From: a virus
Lineage: Duplodnaviria > Caudoviricetes
IMG/VR virus record: IMGVR_UViG_3300027766_000001
DNA: 64,000 nt
Reading direction: 5' to 3' (one strand)
The notes below the pieces were generated by a model. That model was not told where the DNA came from and did no database searches. It saw only the letters and a program-made list of their open reading frames with translations. Position 1 is the first letter of the stretch, and the number at the start of each line of letters is the position of its first letter. The position numbers were made by a program, and so were the translations under genes. Of this stretch, positions 8,473-17,642 are shown piece by piece.

Positions 8473-9369
8473 TTACGCCTCCACTAATTCAAGCACAGGC
8501 CACCAACCCAGAGCTGTACTGCTCAAAGTCAGTGCAACGGTTGTTAGCCCGGCAATTTTAGCACGCTCACTGGTGGTGATACCGCTAAAGTAACGCACCA
8601 GACCCGTGTCGCCTTCACTGGTCTTTTCAGCAATGATGACCTGTGCGCCCGTGCCGCTTAATGCCGCCGTTGATAACCAATTGGGCATGCGCTGACCAAT
8701 AGGGGTTGCGGCGAACATCGGATACACCAGATCGTTGAATTCACAGGTCTGTGCAATGGTTTGCATATCGAGTGGATAGGTACCGGTTTTAGACGGCAGT
8801 GCGGCAGCACTACCTACCTCACTCCAACCACGCATCAAGCGCACCTTGAACGTATACCCCTGAATGACCACAGTGGTTTCACCGTTAATCAACTTTTTGG
8901 TATCCAGCGAAGATACCGTGGTGGTATACCCCATCGGGCGTTCTGGAACAAACAGCACTTTGCCGTTGCGCGCATATTTGTACCAGTACTGGTTGGCACT
9001 GGCGGTTGTGACTGCGGCCACAGCCGCATTCAGGTTTGCTGCAGTAATCAGCTGTTCTGCAGAAAGAACGTCGTACAGACCCAAATCACGGTCGCCGTAG
9101 AGCAACACGTTCGATCCAGGACCACGGGTTTCAGCTGCCTGAATCTTCTGGTTACGAGAGACGATCGTCTCATTGGCGGATGCCGTCTTAAACACGTAGT
9201 AGTACGTATTACCCTGGATGGCTGTTGCATCAAGATACTGAGATTCGTTGTTTGACAACGTCACCAGCGGCGTGGGAAGGTTTGTACGATCAAGCGGTGC
9301 ATCACCGCGGTAGATCGTGGTGGTGACAGGGATGGTGTTACGATTTGTCCACGCGAGTGTAATTGCCAT
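8473..9369 (-). CDS. Virion/tail-associated structural protein, paralog 2 of 4
   Basis: FN3-like N-terminus (ITLAWTN...TIYRG); RGPGSNVLLYGDRDLGLY; C-terminal WWPVLEL. Confidence 0.75.
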   Translation of the reverse strand: MAITLAWTNRNTIPVTTTIYRGDAPLDRTNLPTPLVTLSNNESQYLDATAIQGNTYYYVFKTASANETIVSRNQKIQAAETRGPGSNVLLYGDRDLGLYDVLSAEQLITAANLNAAVAAVTTASANQYWYKYARNGKVLFVPERPMGYTTTVSSLDTKKLINGETTVVIQGYTFKVRLMRGWSEVGSAAALPSKTGTYPLDMQTIAQTCEFNDLVYPMFAATPIGQRMPNWLSTAALSGTGAQVIIAEKTSEGDTGLVRYFSGITTSERAKIAGLTTVALTLSSTALGWWPVLELVEA

Positions 9370-9381
9370 GGTTGCCTCTAA

Positions 9382-10527
9382 TTATGAATTACTAACGGTA
9401 ACGCCGCTCAACTGCGCCGGATCATACATAGCTTTGATCTTGTACGGGTTAAGTGGTGTATCGATTACATACTTGACAGGGCCTGGTCGTTTACTGAGCA
9501 GGCTGACTGTTTTAATGCTGCCTGGTATCACGGGGCTGACTACAGACCCACGTGCATCTGGTGTCTTACTTAACATCTTAACAGTAAGCTTACCAGCTGG
9601 GGCGATTGGGTCAGCAATGGCTTTTCCAACAATCTTACCCAACACTGTGGCTTTAAGGTTGATTATATCAAACAGTCCTGTGGTTGACTCGCCCGGCGCT
9701 ATCTTAAAATCCACCGGCATCGGTGGTGGGTTAGCAGCCACTATGTTGACCGGCTCCAACACGGTTTCGCTGGGATCATGGTACTCCAACACAGGCCACC
9801 ATCCGACACTGGTAGACCGTACCGTTTTACTGGTTGACCCGTAACGCATGAAACCCGGCGTGGTTGTCACGTTCTGTGCAAACAACATTCCGGTCGCACT
9901 GACCGAGGTCTTAGACAAACCGCCAAAGGTTGTGGTAGTCACGTCTGCTGTGAAGCTGTCCCATTTGCCGGTACCTGCACCAACACCGTAAGCAAGCACT
10001 TTTGTCAGCAATGCGGTTAACTCACCGTATTCACTGACGTTAGCATTTGTATTTGTATCAGGATCGGTATTCGTTGCTGCTGGTAACCGCAGGAGGAACG
10101 CAGCCAAACGACCTTCTAATTTCTTAGTGATCATTGTCCGCTGTGGCTGTGGTGTAGCAGCAGGAGAAGGATATGCGCCTACACCACTGATCCCGTAGAC
10201 CACGCCTAACTGATACAGGTCTTCCCATGATACGGGTTGATTGGCTGTGTTAATTGGACGTGATGGGATATAAACAGTTTTACCCTGGTAGGAGAATTTA
10301 AACCAAAGGGTAGTTGGGTCAGTGTCGTTACCGTACGCTAACAGCCCTACCTGGTTAAAGATTTCTAAGCTTGTAAACAGTTGCGATTGCGTGAGCGTTC
10401 CAAAGTAACCGGCATCGCTGTTGCCGGCTTGCAACGACTTTGGCCCCGGTCCTGATTTGGCGTAGTAGGTTTTACCCCCTCCCGCAGCAATCATCTCTAA
10501 CATCTTAACCTCCAATAACAAAGACAT
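9382..10527 (-). CDS. Virion/tail-associated structural protein, paralog 1 of 4
   Basis: SGPGPKSLQAGNSDAGYFG near the N-terminus, WWPVLEY mid-protein, then a Pro/Lys-rich tail. Confidence 0.75.
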   Translation of the reverse strand: MSLLLEVKMLEMIAAGGGKTYYAKSGPGPKSLQAGNSDAGYFGTLTQSQLFTSLEIFNQVGLLAYGNDTDPTTLWFKFSYQGKTVYIPSRPINTANQPVSWEDLYQLGVVYGISGVGAYPSPAATPQPQRTMITKKLEGRLAAFLLRLPAATNTDPDTNTNANVSEYGELTALLTKVLAYGVGAGTGKWDSFTADVTTTTFGGLSKTSVSATGMLFAQNVTTTPGFMRYGSTSKTVRSTSVGWWPVLEYHDPSETVLEPVNIVAANPPPMPVDFKIAPGESTTGLFDIINLKATVLGKIVGKAIADPIAPAGKLTVKMLSKTPDARGSVVSPVIPGSIKTVSLLSKRPGPVKYVIDTPLNPYKIKAMYDPAQLSGVTVSNS

Positions 10528-10542
10528 CCTTGTCTTACTGAT

Positions 10543-12711
10543 TTACCAGTTCATGGCTTTGGAACGCACAGGCTTGACTGCTTCGGGGATGTCTTCCACA
10601 ATCATGTCCTGCTCTTCCAGGAAGTCGTATAACGCTTCGTTACCGACTGATAAGAACCCTTCGTCTGGGTCAAACGGAGGCTCGTCCATGCCTTCCATTC
10701 CAATTCCATCCGCTACCTCAGGCACATTCACCGTTGAACCGTAACGATCATACCCCATCAGCTGATCGACCTGATCGCGAGACCAGTTCATGATGTCTTC
10801 TGAGCGGGTAGAGATGTTCGGCTCGGCACCGGTGTCCAAAACGAAGTTGTTAATGTACACCGTTTTGTCCTGACCGATACGGTGCATACGCGCCATGGCC
10901 TGTTTGTAGTGGTGGAAACGGAAAGGCTTGTTCAACATCATCCCATTGTTGGCTTCTGTCACGGGTACCGCTTCAGCCAATGAACGGAAGGTAGCAACCA
11001 ACGGGTTGATGTCTTCATTACTGCGGAAGTCCTTAATGATGTTCACCAACTCATTGTTCGTGTCACCATAGACCACCACTGGCGTGTACCCTTTAGCAAT
11101 ACACACCCGCCGAGCTTCTTCCAACACCGGCACAAAGTCCGTGAAGATCAAGGTCTTCTTCTCGGCGTTGTCGATGTACTGCTGGAAGTCAATGTACGCC
11201 ACCATGTCAATGTGACACTGGGTGCGTTCTTTACCTAGGACGCGGCCCAGACACTCACCCTTGATCTTCAAGTCCACGTACTTGATCACTGAGCGGGCGT
11301 CTTTGAACGGTGCCTTCAGCGATTCGGGTAACGAAGGAATGATCACGTTGAGTTCGTAATCATTACAGTACTTGGATTCCTCTGACATGGTCCGCGGGTC
11401 AAAGCCGTACTTCTGGAACATCGCCACGTTTGCCTGGTACTGCTTAAAGGCTTCGTGGTCTTTGGGTGTGCGCAAATCACGACGGTGAGAGGTCATCGCA
11501 TCGTCGTAGATCTGTTGATACACCGGACGGTTCTTGGTGTAGTACTCAAAGCGCTCCTTAATAAAGGACACCATGAGGGTACGAATCGCCTCCAGGGTAT
11601 AACGTTGACCGTTCGGGATCTTGACCTTGACCGTGGCTTCAACCGGCTTGTCCGACATGAAGCTTTCTTTAGGTACCAGGAAGCTCACAATCCCCAACCG
11701 GTTTGCCAGGATGTCATTTGCCTTACCACCGACCTTGCCCCAGATCTTACGCATGGCAAACTCAACGTCACTGTTGAAATCAGGAATGATCGAGCGGAAT
11801 AACGGAATGGCCTCAGACCCCATGGCGGTCAGCGCGGTACCGGAAAGCCACAGCACGTCTTGTGACCTCGATACCGTGCACAGTTCATCAAAGGTCGAGG
11901 TACGAATCGATTCCTTTGATTTCATGTTGAGGTTGTGGGATTCGTCAAGGATGATTCCGACGTTAGGCAGGCGAAGGCTCTTAGCCATCTCCAGCGCCTG
12001 TCCTAAGCGTTCGTAGTGGAAGATCATCCACTTGGTACCCTTTGGACACGCAGTGTTGGTATCGGCCACCCAGGTCGTCTGGTTACCACTGACGCTTTCC
12101 TTGAGGGTTTTCTCCCAGACATCGTACACGGCTTTCTTTGGCGAGATAACAAAGACGTAATCCATGTCGCGGGCAAACATGGTGGCGATCCCACCAATGG
12201 TTTTACCGGCACCGGGGTCAGCTGCATACAGTGCACCGTTTAACCGATAGCGCGGTTTGGTGTAGTTGTAGTATTGCAGGAAACCACGTTGACTGGGCAG
12301 TAGCGGAAACTTGATGGGTTTGGTGCGGTTGATATCTATGATGTCCGCCCAGTTCTCATCGATGTCGTTCATCCAGGTGTTTTCTTTAATCAGTTCGACG
12401 ATACGGACCAACACCCGACGACTGCAGTAACGGGTTTTGTCGTTGATCATCTTCTCGAACATGTACACCACTTCAAGTGCAAAGAAACTGTGGAACGAGA
12501 ATTCACTGGGCTTCACGTTCTTAAACATGTACTTGGCGATTTTAGAGGTGCCCCACAGTTTATCGATGTCGTACTGAATAAAGCGTGAGGGCGTGCCGGA
12601 GATCGTGATTAAGCCGTTCTGTTCCCGAACGCTGATGATCCCAAGCATCCCTTTAACGCGGTCAAAGAGAGCCATAAGTAGTTCCTGTTTTAATAGTTGA
12701 ATAACATACAA
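10543..12711 (-). CDS. SNF2-like SF2 helicase (phiKZ-type)
   Basis: Walker A ADPGAGKT, IILDESH, LSGTA, QAMARMHRIGQ; acidic C-terminal tail; start may be at the second Met (MALFDR). Confidence 0.88.
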   Translation of the reverse strand: MYVIQLLKQELLMALFDRVKGMLGIISVREQNGLITISGTPSRFIQYDIDKLWGTSKIAKYMFKNVKPSEFSFHSFFALEVVYMFEKMINDKTRYCSRRVLVRIVELIKENTWMNDIDENWADIIDINRTKPIKFPLLPSQRGFLQYYNYTKPRYRLNGALYAADPGAGKTIGGIATMFARDMDYVFVISPKKAVYDVWEKTLKESVSGNQTTWVADTNTACPKGTKWMIFHYERLGQALEMAKSLRLPNVGIILDESHNLNMKSKESIRTSTFDELCTVSRSQDVLWLSGTALTAMGSEAIPLFRSIIPDFNSDVEFAMRKIWGKVGGKANDILANRLGIVSFLVPKESFMSDKPVEATVKVKIPNGQRYTLEAIRTLMVSFIKERFEYYTKNRPVYQQIYDDAMTSHRRDLRTPKDHEAFKQYQANVAMFQKYGFDPRTMSEESKYCNDYELNVIIPSLPESLKAPFKDARSVIKYVDLKIKGECLGRVLGKERTQCHIDMVAYIDFQQYIDNAEKKTLIFTDFVPVLEEARRVCIAKGYTPVVVYGDTNNELVNIIKDFRSNEDINPLVATFRSLAEAVPVTEANNGMMLNKPFRFHHYKQAMARMHRIGQDKTVYINNFVLDTGAEPNISTRSEDIMNWSRDQVDQLMGYDRYGSTVNVPEVADGIGMEGMDEPPFDPDEGFLSVGNEALYDFLEEQDMIVEDIPEAVKPVRSKAMNW

Positions 12712-12719
12712 TTTCCATC

Positions 12720-12739
12720 AGATTTTAAACCTATATCAC
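12720..12739 (+). promoter_or_regulatory. Putative early (vRNAP) promoter
   Basis: AGATTTTAAACCTATATCAC, close to the phiKZ early consensus TATATTAC; sits at the head of a + strand block. Confidence 0.65.
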
Positions 12740-12796
12740 TATGGTGAGTTTTCAGCTGAAAACAGATGTAATACTTTACATGTGAGGAATAATCTG

Positions 12797-12880
12797 ATGA
12801 GCAATTCACTCGTTAACCTTGGCATCATTATGTTCACCCTTATCGGTTTGACGTTAATGTTTGTCTTTAACGTAAAATGA
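12797..12880 (+). CDS. 27-aa hydrophobic peptide (not in ORF track)
   Basis: SD GAGGA; MSNSLVNLGIIMFTLIGLTLMFVFNVK; first ORF after the promoter. Confidence 0.55.
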   Translation: MSNSLVNLGIIMFTLIGLTLMFVFNVK

Positions 12881-12966
12881 TGTTATGACGATTAAGTTCG
12901 TCAAGCCAATACTCTGCTTAGGGGTTGAGTATTAACAACCAATTATAAATTCGAAGGTCCACCACC

Positions 12967-13524
12967 ATGATTAAATCCATTATTCAAGAAGCTGTCGTAA
13001 GAGCACTGGCAGCCACAAACGCTGAAGAATACCTTATCCGCTTGAGAAGGAACATCGAGTCGGACATCCGCCATCAGATCAAACTGCATGGTGGTCGCGA
13101 AAGCTTTGACGTGAACACCCGTTTTAGCCTGGGCTTTAATGGTGAAGACGGTTTCTTCCAAACCATCCGCACCAACATCATCAACGTGAAGTCGGGTGAA
13201 GAGATTGCCGATACCGTAAAAATCCCTATCCACCAGTATCACATGCTGGGTGGTTTACGCGGTGCTTTCCATCACGCTTCCATCAAAGCCAAGCTTGCCA
13301 ACGACTACTACTTTGCTGGCGGCGAAATCCATACTCTGAAGTCAGTCCTTGAGAACGAGCTGAAGCCACTTTTCGGCAACCACAAAGTCATCATCGCCGT
13401 GAACCACGCGCGTAAAGGTGATTGTGCGGTTGACGTTGAACTGATTCAGTGTTCACTCAAGAGCCTGGCCGATATGTTCTCTGCACTTGAGAGCGGGTTG
13501 TCTGACGACGCGGCAGTAGCTTAG
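12967..13524 (+). CDS. Hypothetical protein
   Basis: 185-aa ORF followed by a terminator. Confidence 0.8.
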   Translation: MIKSIIQEAVVRALAATNAEEYLIRLRRNIESDIRHQIKLHGGRESFDVNTRFSLGFNGEDGFFQTIRTNIINVKSGEEIADTVKIPIHQYHMLGGLRGAFHHASIKAKLANDYYFAGGEIHTLKSVLENELKPLFGNHKVIIAVNHARKGDCAVDVELIQCSLKSLADMFSALESGLSDDAAVA

Positions 13525-13532
13525 TTCACAAC

Positions 13533-13566
13533 AAGAAGAGGGTGGTAACACATCCTCTTCTTTTTA
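13533..13566 (+). terminator. Rho-independent terminator
   Basis: AAGAAGAGGGTG-GTAACA-CATCCTCTTCTT followed by a T-run. Confidence 0.75.
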
Positions 13567-13608
13567 TGTCGCACTTGTTTTTACTTTTTGTAATGGACGT
13601 ACTTTGTA

Positions 13609-13983
13609 ATGACTCCTCCACCACGACTCGTGAGCCAGGTGACCTGGTTGCTGCACGAGATCAGTGCGGCACTTACCCAACCCGATGATTACCTGGCCGT
13701 CCTCAACCACAAGCCAATCGGTGATCGCGTAGATCGCATGAACTTTATTGCCACCCGTTTACGTAAGTACGTTGAGCGACAAGTATTAGAATACATAAGT
13801 ACTTGTATCTATGTAGACCACAGTACGTGGTTACGTAAACCGCGTGTTACTGCTGAAGTAATCGATTTCCGTATTCGGTTGACCGTCCATGGACTCAGGG
13901 GCGTTGTAATCCACTCTGTGGAATTTGCACCAACCGTGTATGCACATACCAAACCGTATTTCAAAAATACGATCTGTCAATAA
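13609..13983 (+). CDS. Hypothetical protein
   Basis: 124-aa ORF. Confidence 0.65.
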   Translation: MTPPPRLVSQVTWLLHEISAALTQPDDYLAVLNHKPIGDRVDRMNFIATRLRKYVERQVLEYISTCIYVDHSTWLRKPRVTAEVIDFRIRLTVHGLRGVVIHSVEFAPTVYAHTKPYFKNTICQ

Positions 13984-13994
13984 AGAGGCCTCGC

Positions 13995-15203
13995 ATGTCT
14001 GGTAAGAAAAACAACATGAAACAAGTGCGTAAAGAAGCTCAGCGCAATGCTCCGGTTCACTGGGAGCAGAACTGGATTGACCAGGTGCTGGACTCTATTC
14101 GCGAATTCGCCAGCCAGTCTGTGCGTCTGCGTTTCCAACGTGAAATCGCAGTAGCCGATCGTGCGAACTGGACCTTTGGTTCAGACATCGACGTTGAACA
14201 CGATCGTCGTCGTATTATCGTAACCGAATGGTTTGTGCCGATTGTTGACGGTAAGCCGGTGGTGTACCTGGATGAAGCCAACACCCAGCTGAACCCGGAC
14301 ATGCAGGCGTTCAAATTCATCCTGCGCTACGACCATCTGCAGCAGGCAGCCAAAGACGCACATCAGCGTCGCACCAACCCGAACATCGGCTTGTACTACC
14401 TGCCGGAAGTCACTCTGCAGGCTGGCGAGAAAGGCTGGGAAGCGCGTCTGGAAAACATCGACCGTATCGGCCGTAAGCTGGTACAGGAAGCGGTGGAATA
14501 CCTGAACGCGAAGAAGGTGGTGCTGGAAGCCGAATACGGTAAAGAGTCTGATGACGGTATTTACCTGGGCGCCACCCTGGCGTACAACGAAGACGAAAAC
14601 CTGCTGCAGGTGGTAACCCACAAACGTGGTCCGCTGGACGTCATCGAAAACAAAGATGGTGAAGTGAACTACGAAGACATCCAGAGCATCGACATCACGG
14701 GTACGTATCCGGCTGATGATACAACGGGTGCCAACGTGCGTTCTGCTGTCGCGCGTCATGCGGCTGAGCACCGTGACTGGAAGCGTGTGGTTAAACCGTC
14801 TCAGGCTGCGTACAAGCGCTTCTCAGGCGATCTGGCTGATTACCTGATGTCTATCAGCGAAGAAGTCTACAAGCGCGCTCAGGCCGCTGCACCGGCTGAT
14901 ACGAAGGTCGACTTCGAATACAACCTGATGAACGGTGGTCTGGAAGCAACCTACCAGAAAGTACTGACTGAAGACGCTGATGGCCAGACTGGCGATGTGG
15001 GTGTGAAAGGTAAGTTTGCTGGCGATAAAACTACCGTCAACATCGAACTGGCGCGTGAAGACCGTGCAGCTATCATTCTGGTGGCAGGTCGTATCGAACC
15101 GGACATGTGGTTCCATGTGCAGGCTGATTACCTGGCTCGCTTCCTGGCGACCTACGGCAACGGCCAGACCACGGTGTCAAAAGAAGTACTGGGTACCGCA
15201 TAA
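13995..15203 (+). CDS. Hypothetical protein, probably highly expressed
   Basis: 402 aa, SD GAGG, strong CTG/GAA/CGT codon bias, basic N-terminus. Confidence 0.85.
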   Translation: MSGKKNNMKQVRKEAQRNAPVHWEQNWIDQVLDSIREFASQSVRLRFQREIAVADRANWTFGSDIDVEHDRRRIIVTEWFVPIVDGKPVVYLDEANTQLNPDMQAFKFILRYDHLQQAAKDAHQRRTNPNIGLYYLPEVTLQAGEKGWEARLENIDRIGRKLVQEAVEYLNAKKVVLEAEYGKESDDGIYLGATLAYNEDENLLQVVTHKRGPLDVIENKDGEVNYEDIQSIDITGTYPADDTTGANVRSAVARHAAEHRDWKRVVKPSQAAYKRFSGDLADYLMSISEEVYKRAQAAAPADTKVDFEYNLMNGGLEATYQKVLTEDADGQTGDVGVKGKFAGDKTTVNIELAREDRAAIILVAGRIEPDMWFHVQADYLARFLATYGNGQTTVSKEVLGTA

Positions 15204-15251
15204 GTAAGACCTCAACCTTTCTCCTCACGGGGAAGGGTTGGGGTTTTATGC
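15198..15251. terminator. GCATAA-hairpin-TTATGC element
   Basis: GCATAA...CTCAACCTTTCTC-CTCAC-GGGGAAGGGTTGGGG...TTATGC, then a T-rich tract. Confidence 0.7.
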
Positions 15252-15287
15252 CGGTTTGTTGTTTATTTTTTGTTTCTTTTGAGTTGT

Positions 15288-15310
15288 AGATTTTTTCAGA
15301 CCTATATTAA
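15288..15310 (+). promoter_or_regulatory. Putative early promoter
   Basis: AGATTTTTTCAGACCTATATTAA upstream of the small-membrane-protein array. Confidence 0.6.
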
Positions 15311-15368
15311 AAAGGTGAATAAGAGCAATAAACTTCTCTTCTATCTATCTAATCAATGAGGATTTACC

Positions 15369-15605
15369 ATGAACACTAAACTGATCATTACCGTAACTGC
15401 ATCCATCGCTGCAATGGCAACTGGCATTACCCTGCTGGTTAAACATCGCAAAGAAGCCAAAGCCACCATCAGCGAACTGTCTGATGCGATTGCTGAGTCC
15501 TCTATCGCTGCAATCAACAAAGTGGCTGACGCACATCCAGAGAACACCGAAGTACAAGCCCAAGCGAAGAAGTCAATCGACAACATCGCTGCAGCATCCC
15601 TGTAA
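15369..15605 (+). CDS. Small membrane-anchored protein
   Basis: SD GAGGA; N-terminal hydrophobic helix followed by KHRK. Confidence 0.8.
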   Translation: MNTKLIITVTASIAAMATGITLLVKHRKEAKATISELSDAIAESSIAAINKVADAHPENTEVQAQAKKSIDNIAAASL

Positions 15606-15641
15606 TTAACTTTATCAACCTTAACCTGTGAGCTTGCCATT

Positions 15642-15893
15642 ATGTCAAATGTAAATACCGTTGCTATCGTCGCTGTCGCTGTTGTGGCTGTAACCGCTGT
15701 TGTCACCGTGTTCAAACGTAAACCAAAACCAGAGCCAGTGGTTCTGCGTAAACTGACTAGTGAAGAGCAGCACGAAGCAGTCATGCAAGTAGCACGTCTG
15801 TCCAACGATCCAAACTACATTGAGCTGATGGACATCATGGGTAAAGCCGTTGATTTCAATCGCATCGCCCCACTGTACGAAGTTGTCAAATAA
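15642..15893 (+). CDS. Small membrane-anchored protein
   Basis: VAIVAVAVVAVTAVVTVF followed by KRKPK. Confidence 0.8.
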   Translation: MSNVNTVAIVAVAVVAVTAVVTVFKRKPKPEPVVLRKLTSEEQHEAVMQVARLSNDPNYIELMDIMGKAVDFNRIAPLYEVVK

Positions 15894-15917
15894 CCCTTTA
15901 ACTTGTGAGACTCTATC

Positions 15918-16151
15918 ATGAACACTTTAGCTAAAATCGCTTTCGCTGCAACCTGTACCGCCATGATCGCTGCCGGTGTCTACTACGAAGTGCAGATCCA
16001 GAAGATCCGTAACAAACGTCACGGCAACAAAATCAACCAGACGGATAAAGGTGCAAACATCATTATCCTGGCACCACTGCCAACCGTCCGTGTCAAAGCG
16101 GTCCGTTCAGTTGCTGCCCTTGATCCACGTGTTCGTAACCTGACCCATTAA
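15918..16151 (+). CDS. Small membrane-anchored protein
   Basis: N-terminal hydrophobic helix, basic tail. Confidence 0.75.
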   Translation: MNTLAKIAFAATCTAMIAAGVYYEVQIQKIRNKRHGNKINQTDKGANIIILAPLPTVRVKAVRSVAALDPRVRNLTH

Positions 16152-16186
16152 TCTCTCTTCATTACCTTAACCTGTGAGGCTATTCC

Positions 16187-16282
16187 ATGTTTGACTTAAC
16201 GACCGTATCATCTTTAGTTCTGTTAGTTGCTCTGGTCGTTGTATGGAATTTCCCATATGGCGGTAACAAAGAAGCAGTCTAA
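16187..16282 (+). CDS. 31-aa membrane peptide (not in ORF track)
   Basis: Leader motif plus GAGG SD; MFDLTTVSSLVLLVALVVVWNFPYGGNKEAV. Confidence 0.65.
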   Translation: MFDLTTVSSLVLLVALVVVWNFPYGGNKEAV

Positions 16283-16323
16283 TACGCAGTACCTTTTACA
16301 CCTTAACCTGTTGGAGCATTACC

Positions 16324-16455
16324 ATGAAATCAATCATCACCAAAGTTGTTGTCTCTGTAGTCGTCTCTGTTGTCGCAACCGCGGCAGTCAACTACATCAA
16401 TAAGAAGTCTGGCCGTGGGCATCTGAAATCCACTGTCACATACCTGCAGTTTTAG
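16324..16455 (+). CDS. 43-aa membrane peptide (not in ORF track)
   Basis: Leader motif plus GGAG SD; MKSIITKVVVSVVVSVVATAAVNYINKKSGRGHLKSTVTYLQF. Confidence 0.65.
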   Translation: MKSIITKVVVSVVVSVVATAAVNYINKKSGRGHLKSTVTYLQF

Positions 16456-16467
16456 GAGGTGGTCGTT

Positions 16468-16548
16468 ATGCCATTATCCTGTCCGTTAAATCAAACTAAC
16501 CTGGTTACTCCTACGAGGGTTTACCGGTGCGTTTGCAATAGTACTTAA
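16468..16548 (+). CDS. Possible 26-aa peptide
   Basis: Strong SD AGGAGGT; MPLSCPLNQTNLVTPTRVYRCVCNST; too short to judge. Confidence 0.3.
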   Translation: MPLSCPLNQTNLVTPTRVYRCVCNST

Positions 16549-16616
16549 TCCTGCTGAGCGTTCATGTGGACCTCAGCAAACTAACCAAAACTAATCAATT
16601 GCAAAGAGGTATTACC

Positions 16617-17060
16617 ATGAACACTATTAACACTGCTAAACTGACTTTCGTAATGTCTGATGAATTCGTTGCGATGGTACGTGAAAACATCAATGAACTG
16701 GGTGTGAATGGCGTGGCCCGTATGGCTGAACGTCGTTACCAGTTCCGTAACCCTAAACTGATCGGCATCGATGTTGATGCATCTGACATCAAACGCGCTG
16801 TAGCCATGGGCTATGGTCTGGTTGATGAGAAAGACCGTCTGGCTAATATCTATGCGTGGCTGAAAGCAAACGTCCGTAAAATGTTTACTGGCGCTGCTGT
16901 CACCAAAGAAGGCGTGGCGAATGCCTGGAAAGCCTACCGCAAATATGTATCAGACAAAGGTCTGGAGCGTCTGTTTGGTGGTGCTGGTATCACTGGCACT
17001 AACAGTATTGTTGAACGTGAGTTCAAAATCATATGTTCAAACGTCGCAGAATCGATCTGA
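16617..17060 (+). CDS. Hypothetical protein
   Basis: SD GAGGT before ATG 16617 (ORF track starts at 16566). Confidence 0.8.
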   Translation: MNTINTAKLTFVMSDEFVAMVRENINELGVNGVARMAERRYQFRNPKLIGIDVDASDIKRAVAMGYGLVDEKDRLANIYAWLKANVRKMFTGAAVTKEGVANAWKAYRKYVSDKGLERLFGGAGITGTNSIVEREFKIICSNVAESI

Positions 17061-17070
17061 GGGAAACAAC

Positions 17071-17544
17071 ATGTTTGATTTAGTTAAGTGGGTCGCTATC
17101 ATGGCGATCGTCACCTTCTTCATTCTGCTGATTCGTGCAATGTTACGTAAACCAGCAGGTACCAATCAAAAGCGGTGGGTTGTACTCTCCACCCCTGAGT
17201 TGTTGGACCGGGCGTTTCAAACTGAACAGATGTATGAGATTGCAGAGCGTACGGCACAGCGACATCTGAGTGCTTATGGCACTCATTCGTTTGTTGAGTT
17301 CTACACTGAAATCTTTAAAGAGTTCGACAACGCCCGAACCACAGACGGCTATCTACTGTCAGGTACGATTACTGACCAGGGTGAAGATGCCCTGTTTAAT
17401 ATCACGCTGACAAAAGGCATGGAAGCGCAGACCAAAGAATACAAAGTGAGTTATGTGCATTTAGCACGGGTCACTGACGTTCTTTCTCCTGCCTTACTGT
17501 CTCGTTTAAACTGGCATGTTAAGAGTCATAACAGCGAGGGGTAA
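17071..17544 (+). CDS. Membrane-anchored hypothetical protein
   Basis: SD GAGGG before ATG 17071; WVAIMAIVTFFILLIRAML. Confidence 0.8.
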   Translation: MFDLVKWVAIMAIVTFFILLIRAMLRKPAGTNQKRWVVLSTPELLDRAFQTEQMYEIAERTAQRHLSAYGTHSFVEFYTEIFKEFDNARTTDGYLLSGTITDQGEDALFNITLTKGMEAQTKEYKVSYVHLARVTDVLSPALLSRLNWHVKSHNSEG

Positions 17545-17561
17545 TCCCCCTCGCTTTATGC
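17527..17561. terminator. CATAA-hairpin-TTATGC element
   Basis: CATAAC-AGCGAGGGG-TAAT-CCCCCTCGCT-TTATGC. Confidence 0.65.
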
Positions 17562-17592
17562 CGCCCTAATTTACAATGCATCGGATATCACC

Positions 17593-17611
17593 CCTACATC
17601 ACTAATGTGTA
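17593..17611 (+). promoter_or_regulatory. Early-promoter-like motif (variant)
   Basis: CCTACATCACTAATGTGTA between a terminator and the next SD. Confidence 0.5.
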
Positions 17612-17642
17612 TCCTGTGCCTAATCTTTTCGAGGAACGTATT

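Larger units (their letters stand above)
15619..16316 (+). repeat. Four copies of leader motif CCTTAACCTGTGAG (15619, 15896, 16165, 16301), further copy at 17809
   Basis: Read directly; each copy ends 7-9 nt before an ATG. Confidence 0.8.

Noticed and set aside
9317-9844. 175-aa + strand hydrophobic ORF
   Set aside because: Antisense to the structural paralog 9382-10527; its hydrophobic look is a reading-frame artefact.
9382-10527. Apparent lower GC suggesting horizontal transfer
   Set aside because: A spot count gave 27/60 GC versus 30/60 in a core gene line; too small and too little data to support a claim.
12885-12935. 16-aa ORF MTIKFVKPILCLGVEY after the 27-aa peptide
   Set aside because: No SD and too short to distinguish from chance.
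15619-16316. Short repeats separated by unique sequence, superficially CRISPR-like
   Set aside because: Repeats are only about 14 nt, spacers are 120-270 nt and are coding ORFs, and there are no cas genes; kept as a leader motif instead.
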